The translations under genes were made by a program, and so were the position numbers. A stretch of 64,000 nucleotides of DNA from Rebecca billardiae RCC1528 (Eukaryota > Protista > Haptophyta), in NCBI GenBank assembly GCA_965240325.2, contig OZ251227.1:2480001-2544000 (forward strand). Direction: 5' to 3'. The notes beneath the pieces are model-generated. The model was not told the origin of the DNA and did not search any database. It worked only from the letters and a program-made list of their open reading frames with translations. This document shows positions 30,944 through 41,887 of the stretch, one piece after another. Position 1 is the first letter of the stretch. Each line of letters opens with the position of its first letter.

Positions 30944-31964
30944 TCAGAGCGCGAGGTCGAAGAACTCGAGCAGTGTCGGCCCCGGCGCCACGGGCTCGTT
31001 GCTGTTGGCGTAAAAGCGCGCGTCCGGCTCGCTCGTCAGCGTCATCCGGCCGGGCGCGAAGACCGTCTCGTCGTTCACGTCGCGCATCTTTTCCCTGAAG
31101 CCGTCGTACTCCACACTGCGAGTGAGCAGTCGTTCGAGCAGGAGGGAGGGAGGGAGGGCGGGACCCAGTGAGAAAGAAGCCAGAGGGGTTGATCGAGGGA
31201 AGGCAGGAGCGACGGGAGCAGTTGAGGGGGGCATGCACCGCGCGCGGAGAGCGGGGCGGTGGTCAGACGGAGGTGCCCGCGGCCGTGGGGCACGTGCGCG
31301 CCCGGACGCGCGCGCGCGCACACCGCAGGAGCTGCACGTCGTACACGATCGGCGTGCCGGGCGGCAGCACCGCCTGCTCCGCCTCGCTCAGCGCCGGCGC
31401 GCCGCCCCAGCTCAGCCGGTAGGTCGCGCCTGTGCACACGCCGGTGAGGGCCTGGCTGAAGCCCGGCAGGTAGAAGGCGTCCCCGAGCTGGAAGACGAGG
31501 TCGCGGTCTCTGTACCGCACGTCGACGGGCGTGCCGTCCTGCCTCCGGCCCTCGTACCGGACCCTCACAAAGTCGTCCCTCAGCGTGCGCGACTGGCACG
31601 CCTGTCGGGTGCGCGGCGCAGGTCGAGGGTGCGCAGGCTGCGTCAGCGCGGCACGCGCGGACGGGCGGGCACGCAGCACAGCGCAGGACGGACTCACCTT
31701 TGGCTGCGCGAGCACCTCGACCGTGGGCCCGAAGAGCTTCGGGAACGCAGCGAGCGAGCGCGTCGGCACCAGCCCCAGGGCGAGCGCGCCGCCGAGCGCC
31801 GCGCGGCGCGACAGCTGCGAGCTCCCATCGACGCGGGCAGCGCTTGGTGCGCCGAGCCGGGGCGTCGACAGATGGCTGAACGCGCGCGTGGAGCGCGTTG
31901 CGCACGCCACGGACGACGACGCCGCGGCCACGAGCAAGGCCAGGGCTCGTGCGTGCGCAGACAT
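30944..31964 (-). CDS. Thylakoid-lumen FKBP-type PPIase; exons 31964-31698, 31601-31324, 31115-30944
   Basis: VRVRYEGRRQDG, FQLG..LPGF..ALTGVC.G, LPPGTPIVYDVQLLRVE after splicing; signal peptide followed by an SRRAAL Tat motif. Confidence 0.85.
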
Positions 31965-32066
31965 CGCAATGACGTGATCGCAGATCGCCGGCGGAGTCGT
32001 GTGGGCTGCCACCGGACGTGCAGGCGGCAGGCCGCTCAGCGCGCATCCCCCGCGGAGGAAGCAGAG

Positions 32067-35000
32067 ATGGCGCCGACGGCAGAGGACGCGCCGATCGATC
32101 GGCTCATGCTCGCGATCGGCGTGGACCGGCTCGGCCGCGCGAGGGTCACCCTCGGGTGGCACCCGTGCGCCGTGCTGCAGGAGCTCCACACCAGCGTGCT
32201 CCGGCTCAGGCTGCTCGAGCGCGCGCAGCGCGCGCACGTGGAGCAGCTCGCGCGCGGCGCCGCGGCGGGGGCGAAGCATGGCGCGCAGATCGCACTCGCG
32301 CGAGTGATGCGCCGCGCGCTCGTGCGCTCCGCGGAGGCCCTCCTCCGTGCCCGCCAGCTCGCGGACGAGGCGCTGCTCTCGCCCTCCGCACCGCGCGGCT
32401 CGACGCTCGCGCTCAGCCGCAGCCTCTGGGCGTTAGCTGAGGACCTTCGGGAGGAGGTGAGCGCGTGGGACGCCGAGCAGCTCGCCGCGGGCGTGCACCG
32501 CCCCGTCGACCCACGCGCCGTCAGCCGCGACGCCACGCTCGCGAGCGACGACGCCGCGGCCCGCCAGCTCGCGCAGCGCGCGCTCGCGGCGGGCGACCGC
32601 GAGGGTGGCGCGCGCGCGCAGCTTCTAATGGACACCTGCCGCCTGCTCCGGCGGGTTGAGAGCGGGCGGCGCTTCCAGGCGGCGCTGGCGGCGGAGGCGC
32701 GCGAGCACTCGCGGGCGTACTCGCGCGAGAACTTCGCGTACGGCTCGACGCCGCTGTGCTCGTGGCTGCGCCTCGCCGCCGCGCCGCCCGTGGCCGCAGC
32801 CCTGCAGCGCGCGCGCGCGCGCGCGCCTGAGGTGTGCGTGCTCGTCGGTGGGTCCTCGATCGGCTGGTTCGGCGTGTACCTCGCGCTCGCGGCGGGCGTG
32901 CGCGCGCAGTGCTTCGAGCTGCTCCCCGCGCTGCACGCCGTCGCGTGCCGCGCGCGCGAGCGGATGGCGAGCGCCGCGCGCGCCGCGGGCTGCGCGCCGC
33001 CCATGCCTGAGTTCTGCTGTGCTGACTTCCTAACGGCCGACGTCTCAACTGCCGAGCTGGTCGTGCTCACGTCGCAGTGCTGGGACGCGGCGCTGCGCGC
33101 GCGCGTGTACGCCAAGCTGGGCGCCGAGTGCCGCGCCGGCGCCGTCGTGCTCGACTACGCGCCGCCGCCGCCGCCGCCGCCGCCGTCGCCCCGCGCGACC
33201 GGGGCGCCGGACTCTGGAGCGCCGGACTCTGGAGCGCCGGACTCTGGAGCGCCGGGCAGCGCCGGGCGCGCGGTGCGCGTCGAGTGCACGGTGCGGGTGC
33301 CCGTGTCATGGGAGCCGGACGCCGAGCTCGTCGTGTGCACCGTCGGTGACGCGCCGCCGCCCGCCACCCAGCCGGAGCCCGCGGCTGGCGGCGGCGCGCC
33401 ACCGCCGCCGCCGCCGCCGCCGTCTCTCACCGAGCGGCTTCCGGCCGAGCTGCTCGTCCGAGTCCTGGCGGCGCTGCCGAGTCCGGAGGACCTGGCCCGG
33501 GCGGACTGCGTGTGCCAGCTGTTCCACAGCGCGGCCCCCGTGGCCGCTCGGCAGCCCGCGCAGGGCGTGCTCAGCGCCGTCGCCGACGCCGAGGCGGGCT
33601 CATCCTCCGCCTCCCAACCGGCGGGCGGCCGCGCGGGCGCGGCCGGCGGCGGGCCCTGCCTGGCCGTGCGTCGCGCGCCGCGCGCCGACGCGCTGCCGGC
33701 GCACGCGCAGTCGCTCGTGGAGCAGGCGCTGCGCGTGCGCGCGCGGCGGCGCGCGCTCGCGCTGCGCGACGGCGCGGCCGAGCCGGCGCGGCTGCCCCCG
33801 GCCGAGCGCTCGTGGACGCAGTGGCTGCTGTGGCGCGAGCTGGCGGCGGCGGCGCGCGCCGCGCCGTCGGCCGACGCGCGCGTCGCCGCGGGCAGCAACC
33901 ACGCGCTGGTGTGCACGGCGGACGGCGCGGTGTACGCGTTCGGCCAGGGCGCGCGAGGGCGGCTGGGCCACGGCGACGAGTGGGCCGCGCACGCGCCGCA
34001 GCGCGTGCGCTCGCTCGCGCCGCCGCGCGTGCGCGTGCTCGGCGCCGCCGCGGGCGAGGCCCACTCCCTACTGCTCACCGCAGCCGGGCGCGTGCTCAGC
34101 TGCGGCTGCGGCGAGTACGGCCGGCTGGGGCAGGGCACGGAGCGCGACGTGCACGCGCCGCGCGCGGTGCGCGGCGCGCTCGCGGGCGTGCGCGTGGCCT
34201 CCGTCTCCGCGGGCTCGGCGCACTCCCTCGCCGTCGCGCACGGCGGCGCGCTGTTTGTATGGGGCGCGGCGGGCGGCGGCCGGCTCGGCCTCGGCGGCGC
34301 CGAGTGTGACGACGTGAGAGAGCCGCGAGTCGTCGACGCGCTGAGCGGCGCGGGCGTGCGCGTGGTGTGCGCGGCCGCGGGCGAGTTCCACTCGCTCGCC
34401 GTCTGCGCGCGCGGCGACGTGTACGCGTGGGGCGTCGGGCTGAACGGCCGGCTCGGCCACGGCGACGAGGGCGGGCGCACCGTGCCGGCGCGCGTGGAGG
34501 CGCTCCGCGCCGAGGGCGTGTGTGCGCGCGCGGCGAGCGCGGGCGGCGCGCACTCGCTCGTGCTCGCGCACGACGGCGGCGTGTACGCGTGCGGCGCGGG
34601 GACGTGGGGCGTGCTCGGGCTGGGAGACACGCGCGACCAGCAGCTCGTGCCGGCGCGCGTCCCGCTCGGCGGCGGCGCCGTCGGCGGCGCCATCGGCGGC
34701 GCCGTCGGCGGCGGCGGCGCGGGCGCGTGCGTCGCCGTGACCCACGTGTCCGCAGGGCTGAGTCACTCGCTGCTCGCGACCGCGGACGGCACGGCGTACG
34801 CGAGCGGCGTGGGCGTGCACGGCAAGCTCGGGCTCGGCGACGAGCGGACGATCACGTCGTTCCGACCGATCGGCTCGTTGCTCGCCGCGGGCGTGCGCGT
34901 CGTCGGCGTCGCGGCGGGCGCGCACAGCTCGCTGCTCTGGGCCTCGGACGGGCGCGTCTTCACCTGCGGCTTCGTGCGCGGCGCGCGCTCGGTGACGGAC

Positions 35001-35219
35001 GCGCGCTGCCATGATGCGGAAGGCTGGCGGGCGCAGAGCGTGCCCGAGCTTGTTGCGGGCATCCACCTCGAGGCCGGGGCGACCGACGGCGACGGCGCGG
35101 AGCCGGAGCTCGCGGCTGGGCCCCGCGGCGAGGCGGTGCGTGCGGACGTGATCCCAGGCCTGCGCCCCGTGCGCGGCCACGCGAGCATCCACGGCGTGCT
35201 CGGGCTGGGGCCGCTATGA
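32067..35219 (+). CDS. Class I SAM methyltransferase (DOT1-like) + F-box + RCC1-repeat protein
   Basis: NFAYGSTP, VGGSSIGW, FELLP, ADFL..DVS, LTSQCWD; LPAELLVRVLAAL..EDLARADCVC; about 7 AG..HSL/VY.WG.G..GRLG.G repeats, all in one ORF. Confidence 0.8.
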   Translation: MAPTAEDAPIDRLMLAIGVDRLGRARVTLGWHPCAVLQELHTSVLRLRLLERAQRAHVEQLARGAAAGAKHGAQIALARVMRRALVRSAEALLRARQLADEALLSPSAPRGSTLALSRSLWALAEDLREEVSAWDAEQLAAGVHRPVDPRAVSRDATLASDDAAARQLAQRALAAGDREGGARAQLLMDTCRLLRRVESGRRFQAALAAEAREHSRAYSRENFAYGSTPLCSWLRLAAAPPVAAALQRARARAPEVCVLVGGSSIGWFGVYLALAAGVRAQCFELLPALHAVACRARERMASAARAAGCAPPMPEFCCADFLTADVSTAELVVLTSQCWDAALRARVYAKLGAECRAGAVVLDYAPPPPPPPPSPRATGAPDSGAPDSGAPDSGAPGSAGRAVRVECTVRVPVSWEPDAELVVCTVGDAPPPATQPEPAAGGGAPPPPPPPPSLTERLPAELLVRVLAALPSPEDLARADCVCQLFHSAAPVAARQPAQGVLSAVADAEAGSSSASQPAGGRAGAAGGGPCLAVRRAPRADALPAHAQSLVEQALRVRARRRALALRDGAAEPARLPPAERSWTQWLLWRELAAAARAAPSADARVAAGSNHALVCTADGAVYAFGQGARGRLGHGDEWAAHAPQRVRSLAPPRVRVLGAAAGEAHSLLLTAAGRVLSCGCGEYGRLGQGTERDVHAPRAVRGALAGVRVASVSAGSAHSLAVAHGGALFVWGAAGGGRLGLGGAECDDVREPRVVDALSGAGVRVVCAAAGEFHSLAVCARGDVYAWGVGLNGRLGHGDEGGRTVPARVEALRAEGVCARAASAGGAHSLVLAHDGGVYACGAGTWGVLGLGDTRDQQLVPARVPLGGGAVGGAIGGAVGGGGAGACVAVTHVSAGLSHSLLATADGTAYASGVGVHGKLGLGDERTITSFRPIGSLLAAGVRVVGVAAGAHSSLLWASDGRVFTCGFVRGARSVTDARCHDAEGWRAQSVPELVAGIHLEAGATDGDGAEPELAAGPRGEAVRADVIPGLRPVRGHASIHGVLGLGPL

Positions 35220-35335
35220 GCTCGCCGCCGCCCGTACGAGTACGCGCTCCCTCAAGCTGATACACCGGCGGGCGTGAGGGCGTCCGCCATCGTGCGTGGG
35301 AGGAGCGTGAGTGCCAAGTTGAAAGTCCGGGCGCG

Positions 35336-35556
35336 CCACGGCAACCACGTGGCGTTCCTGGGCGCGAGGTGCGTAGCGCACGACCGCGTGCAGTCGAGAC
35401 GCGCATTCGGCAGTTGGGTCGCTGCGGCTCGGTTAGGCGGCGCACGCCCTCCGGGGGCGGGCGTGAAGTACTCACCCTGGACGTCTGGGCGTGTCGGAGC
35501 GGTCTTGAAACCACGTGTCCGGAGCCGGTCGGCAGCGGGTCTTGAAGCTGACGTGG
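35336..35556 (+). promoter_or_regulatory. Candidate unfolded-protein-response elements upstream of BiP
   Basis: TGACGTGG at 35549-35556; CCACG cores at 35336, 35345 and 35511. Confidence 0.45.
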
Positions 35557-35574
35557 CAGCAGCACTTCCGCACA

Positions 35575-36226
35575 ATGAAGCGCGTAGGCAGCATCGTCGC
35601 GGGTGCGCGCAGGCTTGGTGCCGTGAGCGGGGGAGCCGCCGGGGGTGCACGTTCGCGGCGCACGCGTGCAGCTCTGCCGCCGCCACCCACTCCGCGCGCG
35701 TGGGGGCCAAGCTGACGCCGGTTGCTCACGCCGCGCGGTGCCGCGCGCGCGCGCCCTCGCGCGCGCAGCCGTCGCGCTGCTCGCGGCGGTGAGCCTGGTG
35801 GCGGCTGATGAGCCGGTGGGCACCGTGATCGGCATCGATCTGGGCACGACGTACTCGTGCGTCGGCGTGTACAAGAACGGCAAGGTCGAGATCATCGCAA
35901 ACGACCAGGGCAACCGTGTGACACCATCGTACGTTTCCTTCACAGACACTGAGCGCTTGATCGGCGACGCGGCGAAGAACCAGGCGTCGCTCAACCCGAC
36001 GAACACGGTGTACGACGCGAAGCGGCTGATCGGCCGACGGTTCAACGACGCGACGGTGCAGCACGACATCAAGCTCTGGCCCTTCGTCGTCGCGAACAAG
36101 GACGGCAAGCCGTACATCCAGGCGCAGGTCGCGGGCGAGACTAAGACGTTCGCGCCCGAGGAGATCTCGGCGATGGTGCTGGTGAAGATGAGGGAGGTGG
36201 CGGAGGCGTTCCTGGGCTTCGACGTG

Positions 36227-36291
<65 letters not shown>

Positions 36292-37877
36292 GGGCACGAT
36301 CGCCGGGCTGAACGTGATGCGGATCATCAATGAGCCGACCGCCGCGGCGATCGCGTACGGCCTCGACAAGAAGGACGGCGAGAAGAACATCCTGGTGTTC
36401 GACCTGGGCGGCGGGACGTTCGACGTGTCGCTCCTCACCATCGACAACGGCGTCTTCGAGGTGATCGCCACCTCGGGCGACACGCACCTCGGCGGCGAGG
36501 ACTTTGACAACCGCGTGATCCAGCACCTGCTCAAGGTGTTCAAGCGCAAGCACACCAAGGATCCGAGCAAGGACAAGCGCGCGATCCAGAAGCTGCGGCG
36601 CGAGGTGGAGCGCGCGAAGCGCGCGCTCTCGACGCAGCACCAGGTGCGCGTCGAGATCGAGTCGCTGCACGAGGGCATCGACTTCTCCGAGACGCTCACG
36701 CGCGCGCGCTTCGAGGAGCTCTGCCTCGACCTCTTCAAGAAGACGCTGGGCCCGGTCGAGAAGGTGATCGACGACTCGGAGCTCAAGAAGTCGGAGATCG
36801 ACGAGATCGTGCTGGTGGGCGGCTCGACGCGCATCCCCAAGGTGCAGCAGTTGTTGAAGGACTTCTTCAACGGGAAGGAGCCGAACAAGGGCATCAACCC
36901 GGACGAGGCGGTCGCGTACGGCGCGGCGGTGCAGGGCGGCATCCTGTCGGGCGAGGGCGGCGACGAGACCAAGGACCTGCTCCTGCTCGACGTGACGCCG
37001 CTCACGCTCGGCATCGAGACGGTGGGCGGCGTGATGACGAAGCTGATCCCGCGCAACACCGTGATCCCGACGAAGAAGTCGCAGGTCTTCTCCACCTACC
37101 AGGACAACCAGCCCGCCGTGCTCATCCAGGTCTTCGAGGGCGAGCGCACGATGACCAAGGACTGCCACCTGCTCGGAAAGTTTGAGCTCACCAACATCCC
37201 GCCGGCGCCGCGCGGCGTGCCGCAGATCGAGGTGACCTTCGAGATCGACGCGAACGGCATCCTCAACGTCGGCGCGGAGGACAAGGGGACGGGCAAGTCG
37301 GAGAAGATCACCATCACCAACGACAAGGGGCGGCTGTCGCAGGAGGAGATCCAGCGCATGGTCGAGGAGGCCGAGGAGTTCCAGGAGGAGGACCGCAAGA
37401 TCCGCGAGAAGATCGAGTCGCGCAACGCGCTCGAGAACTACGTCTACTCGATGAAGAACACGATCTCGGACAGCGACAAGGGCGTCGCCGACAAGATCAG
37501 CGACGACGACAAGGAGGTGCGCGCACGCGCACGCGCACGCGCACGCGCACGCGCACGCGCGCGCGCGCGCGCGCGAGGGAGAGCGAGCGAGCGAGGGAGC
37601 AAGCCGCGCGCGCCCAAGCCCAGCCGCTCACACGCACCCACCGCGCGCCCGCCGCCACGCCGGCGCGCAGGTCATCGAGAAGGCGCTCGACGATGCGAAC
37701 GAGTGGCTCGACGACAACCAGGACGCGGAGAAGGAGGACTTCGACGAGAAGCTCAAGGAGGTGCAGGAGGCATGCAACCCGATCATCTCCAAGATCTACA
37801 AGGAGTCGGGCGGCGCACCGGGCGGAGGCTTTGACTCTGGCGACGACGAGGACCTCGACGGCCATGACGAGCTGTGA
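35575..37877 (+). CDS. BIP: ER luminal HSP70 BiP/GRP78; exons 35575-35602, 35769-37516, 37671-37877
   Basis: Spliced signal peptide [22 protein letters not shown]; [29 protein letters not shown]; C-terminal HDEL. Confidence 0.97.
37519..37575. repeat. (GCGCAC)n/(GC)n microsatellite at the 5' end of BiP intron 2
   Basis: Read directly. Confidence 0.9.
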
Positions 37878-38299
37878 GCCTCTCGCGCCGCGCATGACTC
37901 TGATGCATGATCAGTGAGACGGGGTCAGCAGTGAGCGCGTGACCCTGTCGCCATACGCCATAACACATGTAGCAACAGATACTCCGCATGAACCTTCAGT
38001 TAGAGCCGCTCATTTCTCATTTATCTAGTCATAATGGCTCAGGAGACCGCGCGCTCGCAGTCGCACGACGCGCGCGGCGGTCGCTCTCACTTGACCTGGT
38101 TGTGAGTTGTGTGAGTTGTCGGTGACTTCTTTTTCCGCGCCCGCGGTAGCGCGGCTCCATCATTGTTGACGAATGTCGATCATATCGGTTTTTTTGGCGC
38201 GACCGCGGCACCGCGGTCGTCTTTGGCTCAGTGCTCGCCAACGCGTCGTCGCGCCTCGCCGCCGCCGGGCGTGAGTGAGCGCGTCGCGTACGGCAAGCC

Positions 38300-40570
38300 A
38301 TGGCCGCCGCCCCGGGGCCTCCATCCCACCCCGACTACACGTGCGAGCGCACGCTCGGCCGTGGGCAGTACGGCGTGGCGTACCTCATGAAGCCGCTGCC
38401 CGGCCGCGCGCAGGAGCCGGTGGTGATCAAGCAGGTCAACCTGGCGGCGATGGCCGAGGCGGAGCGCACGGCGGCGCAGAAGGAGATCGATGTGCTCAAG
38501 ATGTTCGAGCACCACAACATCGTCGCGTTCATCGACTCGGCCGTCGTCGGCCCGCCGGACTCGCCCGTCCTCTCCATCATGATGGAGTACGCGAACGGCG
38601 GCAGCCTGCAGCAGTACCTGGGCGAGCGGAAGAAGGCGGCCACGCCGCTGCCTGAGGAGCAGGTGTGCGACTGGCTGGTCTCGCTGCTCTCGGCGCTGGT
38701 GCACATCCACAGCAAGAACGTCCTCCACCGCGACATCAAGACCGCCAACGTCTTCCTCCACGCCAGCAGCTTCATCACCTACCCGTACCCGCAGATCAAG
38801 CTGGGCGATTTCGGCATTGCGCGCGTGCTCTCCAACGACGCGAGCATGGCGTCGACGGTGTGCGGCACGCCGTACTACCTGAGCCCGGAGCTGGTGAACG
38901 GGCAGCCGTACAACGCGCCGTCCGACGTGTGGGCCCTCGGCGTGCTCATGTACGAGCTCACCTGCTTCGTCCGGCCGTTCGAGGGCACCAACATCGGGCA
39001 GGTCGCGCTCGCGATCGTGACGCAAGCGCATCAGCCGTTCCCGCCGAGCGCGGGCTACTCGGCCGAGCTCGAGGCGATCGTGGGGAGCATGCTGGAGAAG
39101 GACTCGAGCAAGCGCGCGCGGCTTGAGGAGGACCTGCAGTGCAACCCGTACATCATCGCCGCGCGCGAGCGCCACGTGCTGCGCAAGGAGGCCGCGTACC
39201 TGGCCGCTTCGGCGGCGGGGCTGTGCGAGGACGCGGAGGGCGCGCGCGCGCAGCACCGGCCGACGGCGGAGGGGCTGGCGGCGGCGTACGGGGGCGGGAG
39301 CCTGCCGTCGTCGGGCTCCGGCGGGCTGGGCGCGCTCTCGGGCGAGTGGACGCGCAAGGCTGGCCAGCTCGCTCCGGTCCAGCCGGCTCCGGCCCAGCCG
39401 CGCGTGCTGTGCTCAGCCACGGACTCGAGGGGCAAGCTCGCGTGGGCAGCGGCCGCGGCCGAGCTGGGCGGCGCGGGCGAGGCGGCGGCCGCCGTCGGCA
39501 CTGACGCGCACGCCGGCGCGTTCGTGCTTGCCGAGTCGGGCCGCGTGGTGAGCTGGCGGCTCGGCCGCGCCTCGCGCTCCGCGCGCTCGGCCGCCTCGCC
39601 GCTCAGCGCCAGCGAGCGCCTCTTCGACGGCGAGAGGGCATGCGCTTTCGCGCCACTCGCCGGCTATAGCGTGCACGCGCTTGCGTGCTGCTCGGCGAGC
39701 GCGGAGCCGCGGCTGGTCGCGGCGGGCGTGCCGGCGGGCGGGGAGGGCGAGCACGTCCTCCTCGCGTGGGAGCAGGGCGCCGCTGCCGCCACGCCGCTGC
39801 GCGGCCTGCCGCCCGGCCGGCCCGTGCTCAAGCTCGCCTGCGGCAACGCGCACTGCGTCGCCATCGTCGCGCACGCGCCCGGCGCGGAGCGCGGTGACGT
39901 GTACGCGTGGGGCAGGGGCGCCGAGGGGCAGCTCGGCCATTCGATCGAGGACGAGGACGACGCGCGGCTGATCAACCAGATCACGAACACGAGCCGCGGG
40001 CTCGAGCAGCCGCTCGTCGTCGCCTCTCTCGACGGCGACCCGGTCGTCGACGTCGCGTGCGGGCCGGCGTGCTCGGCCGCGGTACTCGACGACGGCACAG
40101 TCCTCACGTGGGGCGCCAATGAGAGCGCGCAGCTCGGCCACCCGATCGACCGGCGCACGGTGTGGACGCCTGAGCAGGTGGCGCTGCCTGACGACGCGCC
40201 CGCCGTGCTCGCGGTCGCGTGCGGCGCGGAGCACATGGCCGCGCTCGGCGAGGACGGCCGCGTGCTCAGCTGGGGCCGCGGCAGCGCGGGCCAGCTCGGC
40301 CGCGAGCAGTCGCACGTGCGCTCGTGGCCGTGGGGCGAGCCGGATCTGATCGACTGGGGCGAGCTGCCCGCAGGCGCGCGCGTCGAGCGCGTCGCGTGCG
40401 CGGGCCACCTCACCGCGGCCGTGCTCGCGAGCGGCGAGGTCGCGGCGTGGGGCCGGCAGGGCAGGTTCGACTCGCCGCTGCCCGCGCTCGTGCTCGCGGC
40501 GCCGCCCGCGGCCGAGCGCGTCACCGGCGTGGCCGCTGCGGAGGATGGCATCCTGCTCCTCGTGCGGTGA
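38300..40570 (+). CDS. NIMA-related kinase with RCC1 repeats (NEK8/NEK9-like)
   Basis: GRGQYG, VIK, HRDIKTANVFL, KLGDFGIARVL, GTPYYLSPE; C-terminal ACG..H/WG.G..GQLG repeats. Confidence 0.92.
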   Translation: MAAAPGPPSHPDYTCERTLGRGQYGVAYLMKPLPGRAQEPVVIKQVNLAAMAEAERTAAQKEIDVLKMFEHHNIVAFIDSAVVGPPDSPVLSIMMEYANGGSLQQYLGERKKAATPLPEEQVCDWLVSLLSALVHIHSKNVLHRDIKTANVFLHASSFITYPYPQIKLGDFGIARVLSNDASMASTVCGTPYYLSPELVNGQPYNAPSDVWALGVLMYELTCFVRPFEGTNIGQVALAIVTQAHQPFPPSAGYSAELEAIVGSMLEKDSSKRARLEEDLQCNPYIIAARERHVLRKEAAYLAASAAGLCEDAEGARAQHRPTAEGLAAAYGGGSLPSSGSGGLGALSGEWTRKAGQLAPVQPAPAQPRVLCSATDSRGKLAWAAAAAELGGAGEAAAAVGTDAHAGAFVLAESGRVVSWRLGRASRSARSAASPLSASERLFDGERACAFAPLAGYSVHALACCSASAEPRLVAAGVPAGGEGEHVLLAWEQGAAAATPLRGLPPGRPVLKLACGNAHCVAIVAHAPGAERGDVYAWGRGAEGQLGHSIEDEDDARLINQITNTSRGLEQPLVVASLDGDPVVDVACGPACSAAVLDDGTVLTWGANESAQLGHPIDRRTVWTPEQVALPDDAPAVLAVACGAEHMAALGEDGRVLSWGRGSAGQLGREQSHVRSWPWGEPDLIDWGELPAGARVERVACAGHLTAAVLASGEVAAWGRQGRFDSPLPALVLAAPPAAERVTGVAAAEDGILLLVR

Positions 40571-41521
40571 CGGGCGACCGGCGCCGGGCGACTGGCGGCC
40601 GGCTCGGCGCGAGCGGAAGCCGAAGGTGCGTGCGTGCGAGCCGCTGCGAGCGCGCGCTCGGTGCCCGCGGCGCGGACCCGCTGATTCGAACGCACAGAAG
40701 GTTGGAAGGACGCGCGGGCAAGATGGCGCCCGCGCGCGCGAGCCCAGGCCGGCCCCTCTGCGCGGCTGCCTGTTCGCGCGCGCCGATACACTTGATATGA
40801 TGGGGAGCACGCGCGCTGCGGGCGGCCGGCCGGGCGGCAACCGACGCCGTCGCTGCGCCGGCACTCACCCTCACGCTCGTCATCGCCCCGCCTTTCGTTG
40901 CCTTGCTCGCGGCTGTCCGTGCCCACGCGCGCACTGCAGCGAAGGAATGCCGCAGACGACACTGGATTCGAGCCCGCCGAGGACGACGACTCACGGACCT
41001 GGATAGCGTCGTGTCAGTGGACCGGCGACGGTCCAGGTGCCACTCGGTTCGCGATGCCGATGGCCGGCTGGCAGGGCTGGGCACCCTGCAGCGGCCTGCC
41101 GGCCGCCGGCGCCGCCGGCTGCCGCTGGCTGCGCGCAGATGGTCTAGCTTAGTAGCTAGATTCGCACCGTCCGACCGTGTCAGACGGACAGACGGTTACT
41201 GTCTCACAGCGTAAAACGTACCGATCTTGATCTAGCAGCTTATCCGGATTCCGCCATTCTGGTACTTGGCAGTGAGGTCTACGCGCAGTGTCAGGCGATC
41301 ACGATTATCGGCGCACCGCGCGTGCCGCGGATGGCGATCTTCGAAGGCGCGGGCATTCCCGTCTTCCCGATATTGCCGCATGTCTTCATTTGATAGATGT
41401 TTAAATAACGACGTGGTAGCTATGCAACGACGGGCCGAGTCGCGTCAGAGTCAGCCACCGTGCTGGAGCTCAGCAGATCGAGCAGCAGAGACAAACACCA
41501 GGATCAGCGCTCCTCGCCGTC

Positions 41522-41523
<2 letters not shown>

Positions 41524-41558
<35 letters not shown>
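41524..41558. repeat. Poly-C tract (35 nt)
   Basis: Read directly. Confidence 0.9.
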
Positions 41559-41561
<3 letters not shown>

Positions 41562-41887
41562 CGTAGTCGCCCATCACTCCATCGCCGAGCGGAAGCTCGA
41601 CGCACCGTCTGGCGTCGACGCGCGCGCGCCACCGCGGTGGTCGCGGTGCCACGCGTCGTCAGCCGTCGTCTCACGACGACTTATTTTGCGCGCGGGTTTT
41701 TGCTCTCGTCTGATTTTCACTCTGAACTCGTCCGATTGCATGATGGCTCCAAGGGGGTTGGCTCGTCAATCGTCATTGGCTGGCTCGTCATTTCATCGCG
41801 TCCTCGTGGCTTCCGACGACGACACGCCTCAGCGGTGCGACAACGGCGACGACGATGGGGAGGAGCCAGCCTCCCTCTGGTGCTGCG

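Noticed and set aside
35252-35729. Small minus-strand ORFs with a GTGAGT donor-like site
   Set aside because: They overlap BiP exon 1, intron and promoter, and encode no recognisable protein
35726-37168. 480-aa ORF antisense to BiP
   Set aside because: Well-known antisense shadow of HSP70 genes with biased codon usage
40460-40480. GGTTCGA tRNA T-loop-like word
   Set aside because: Inside the NEK coding sequence with no cloverleaf
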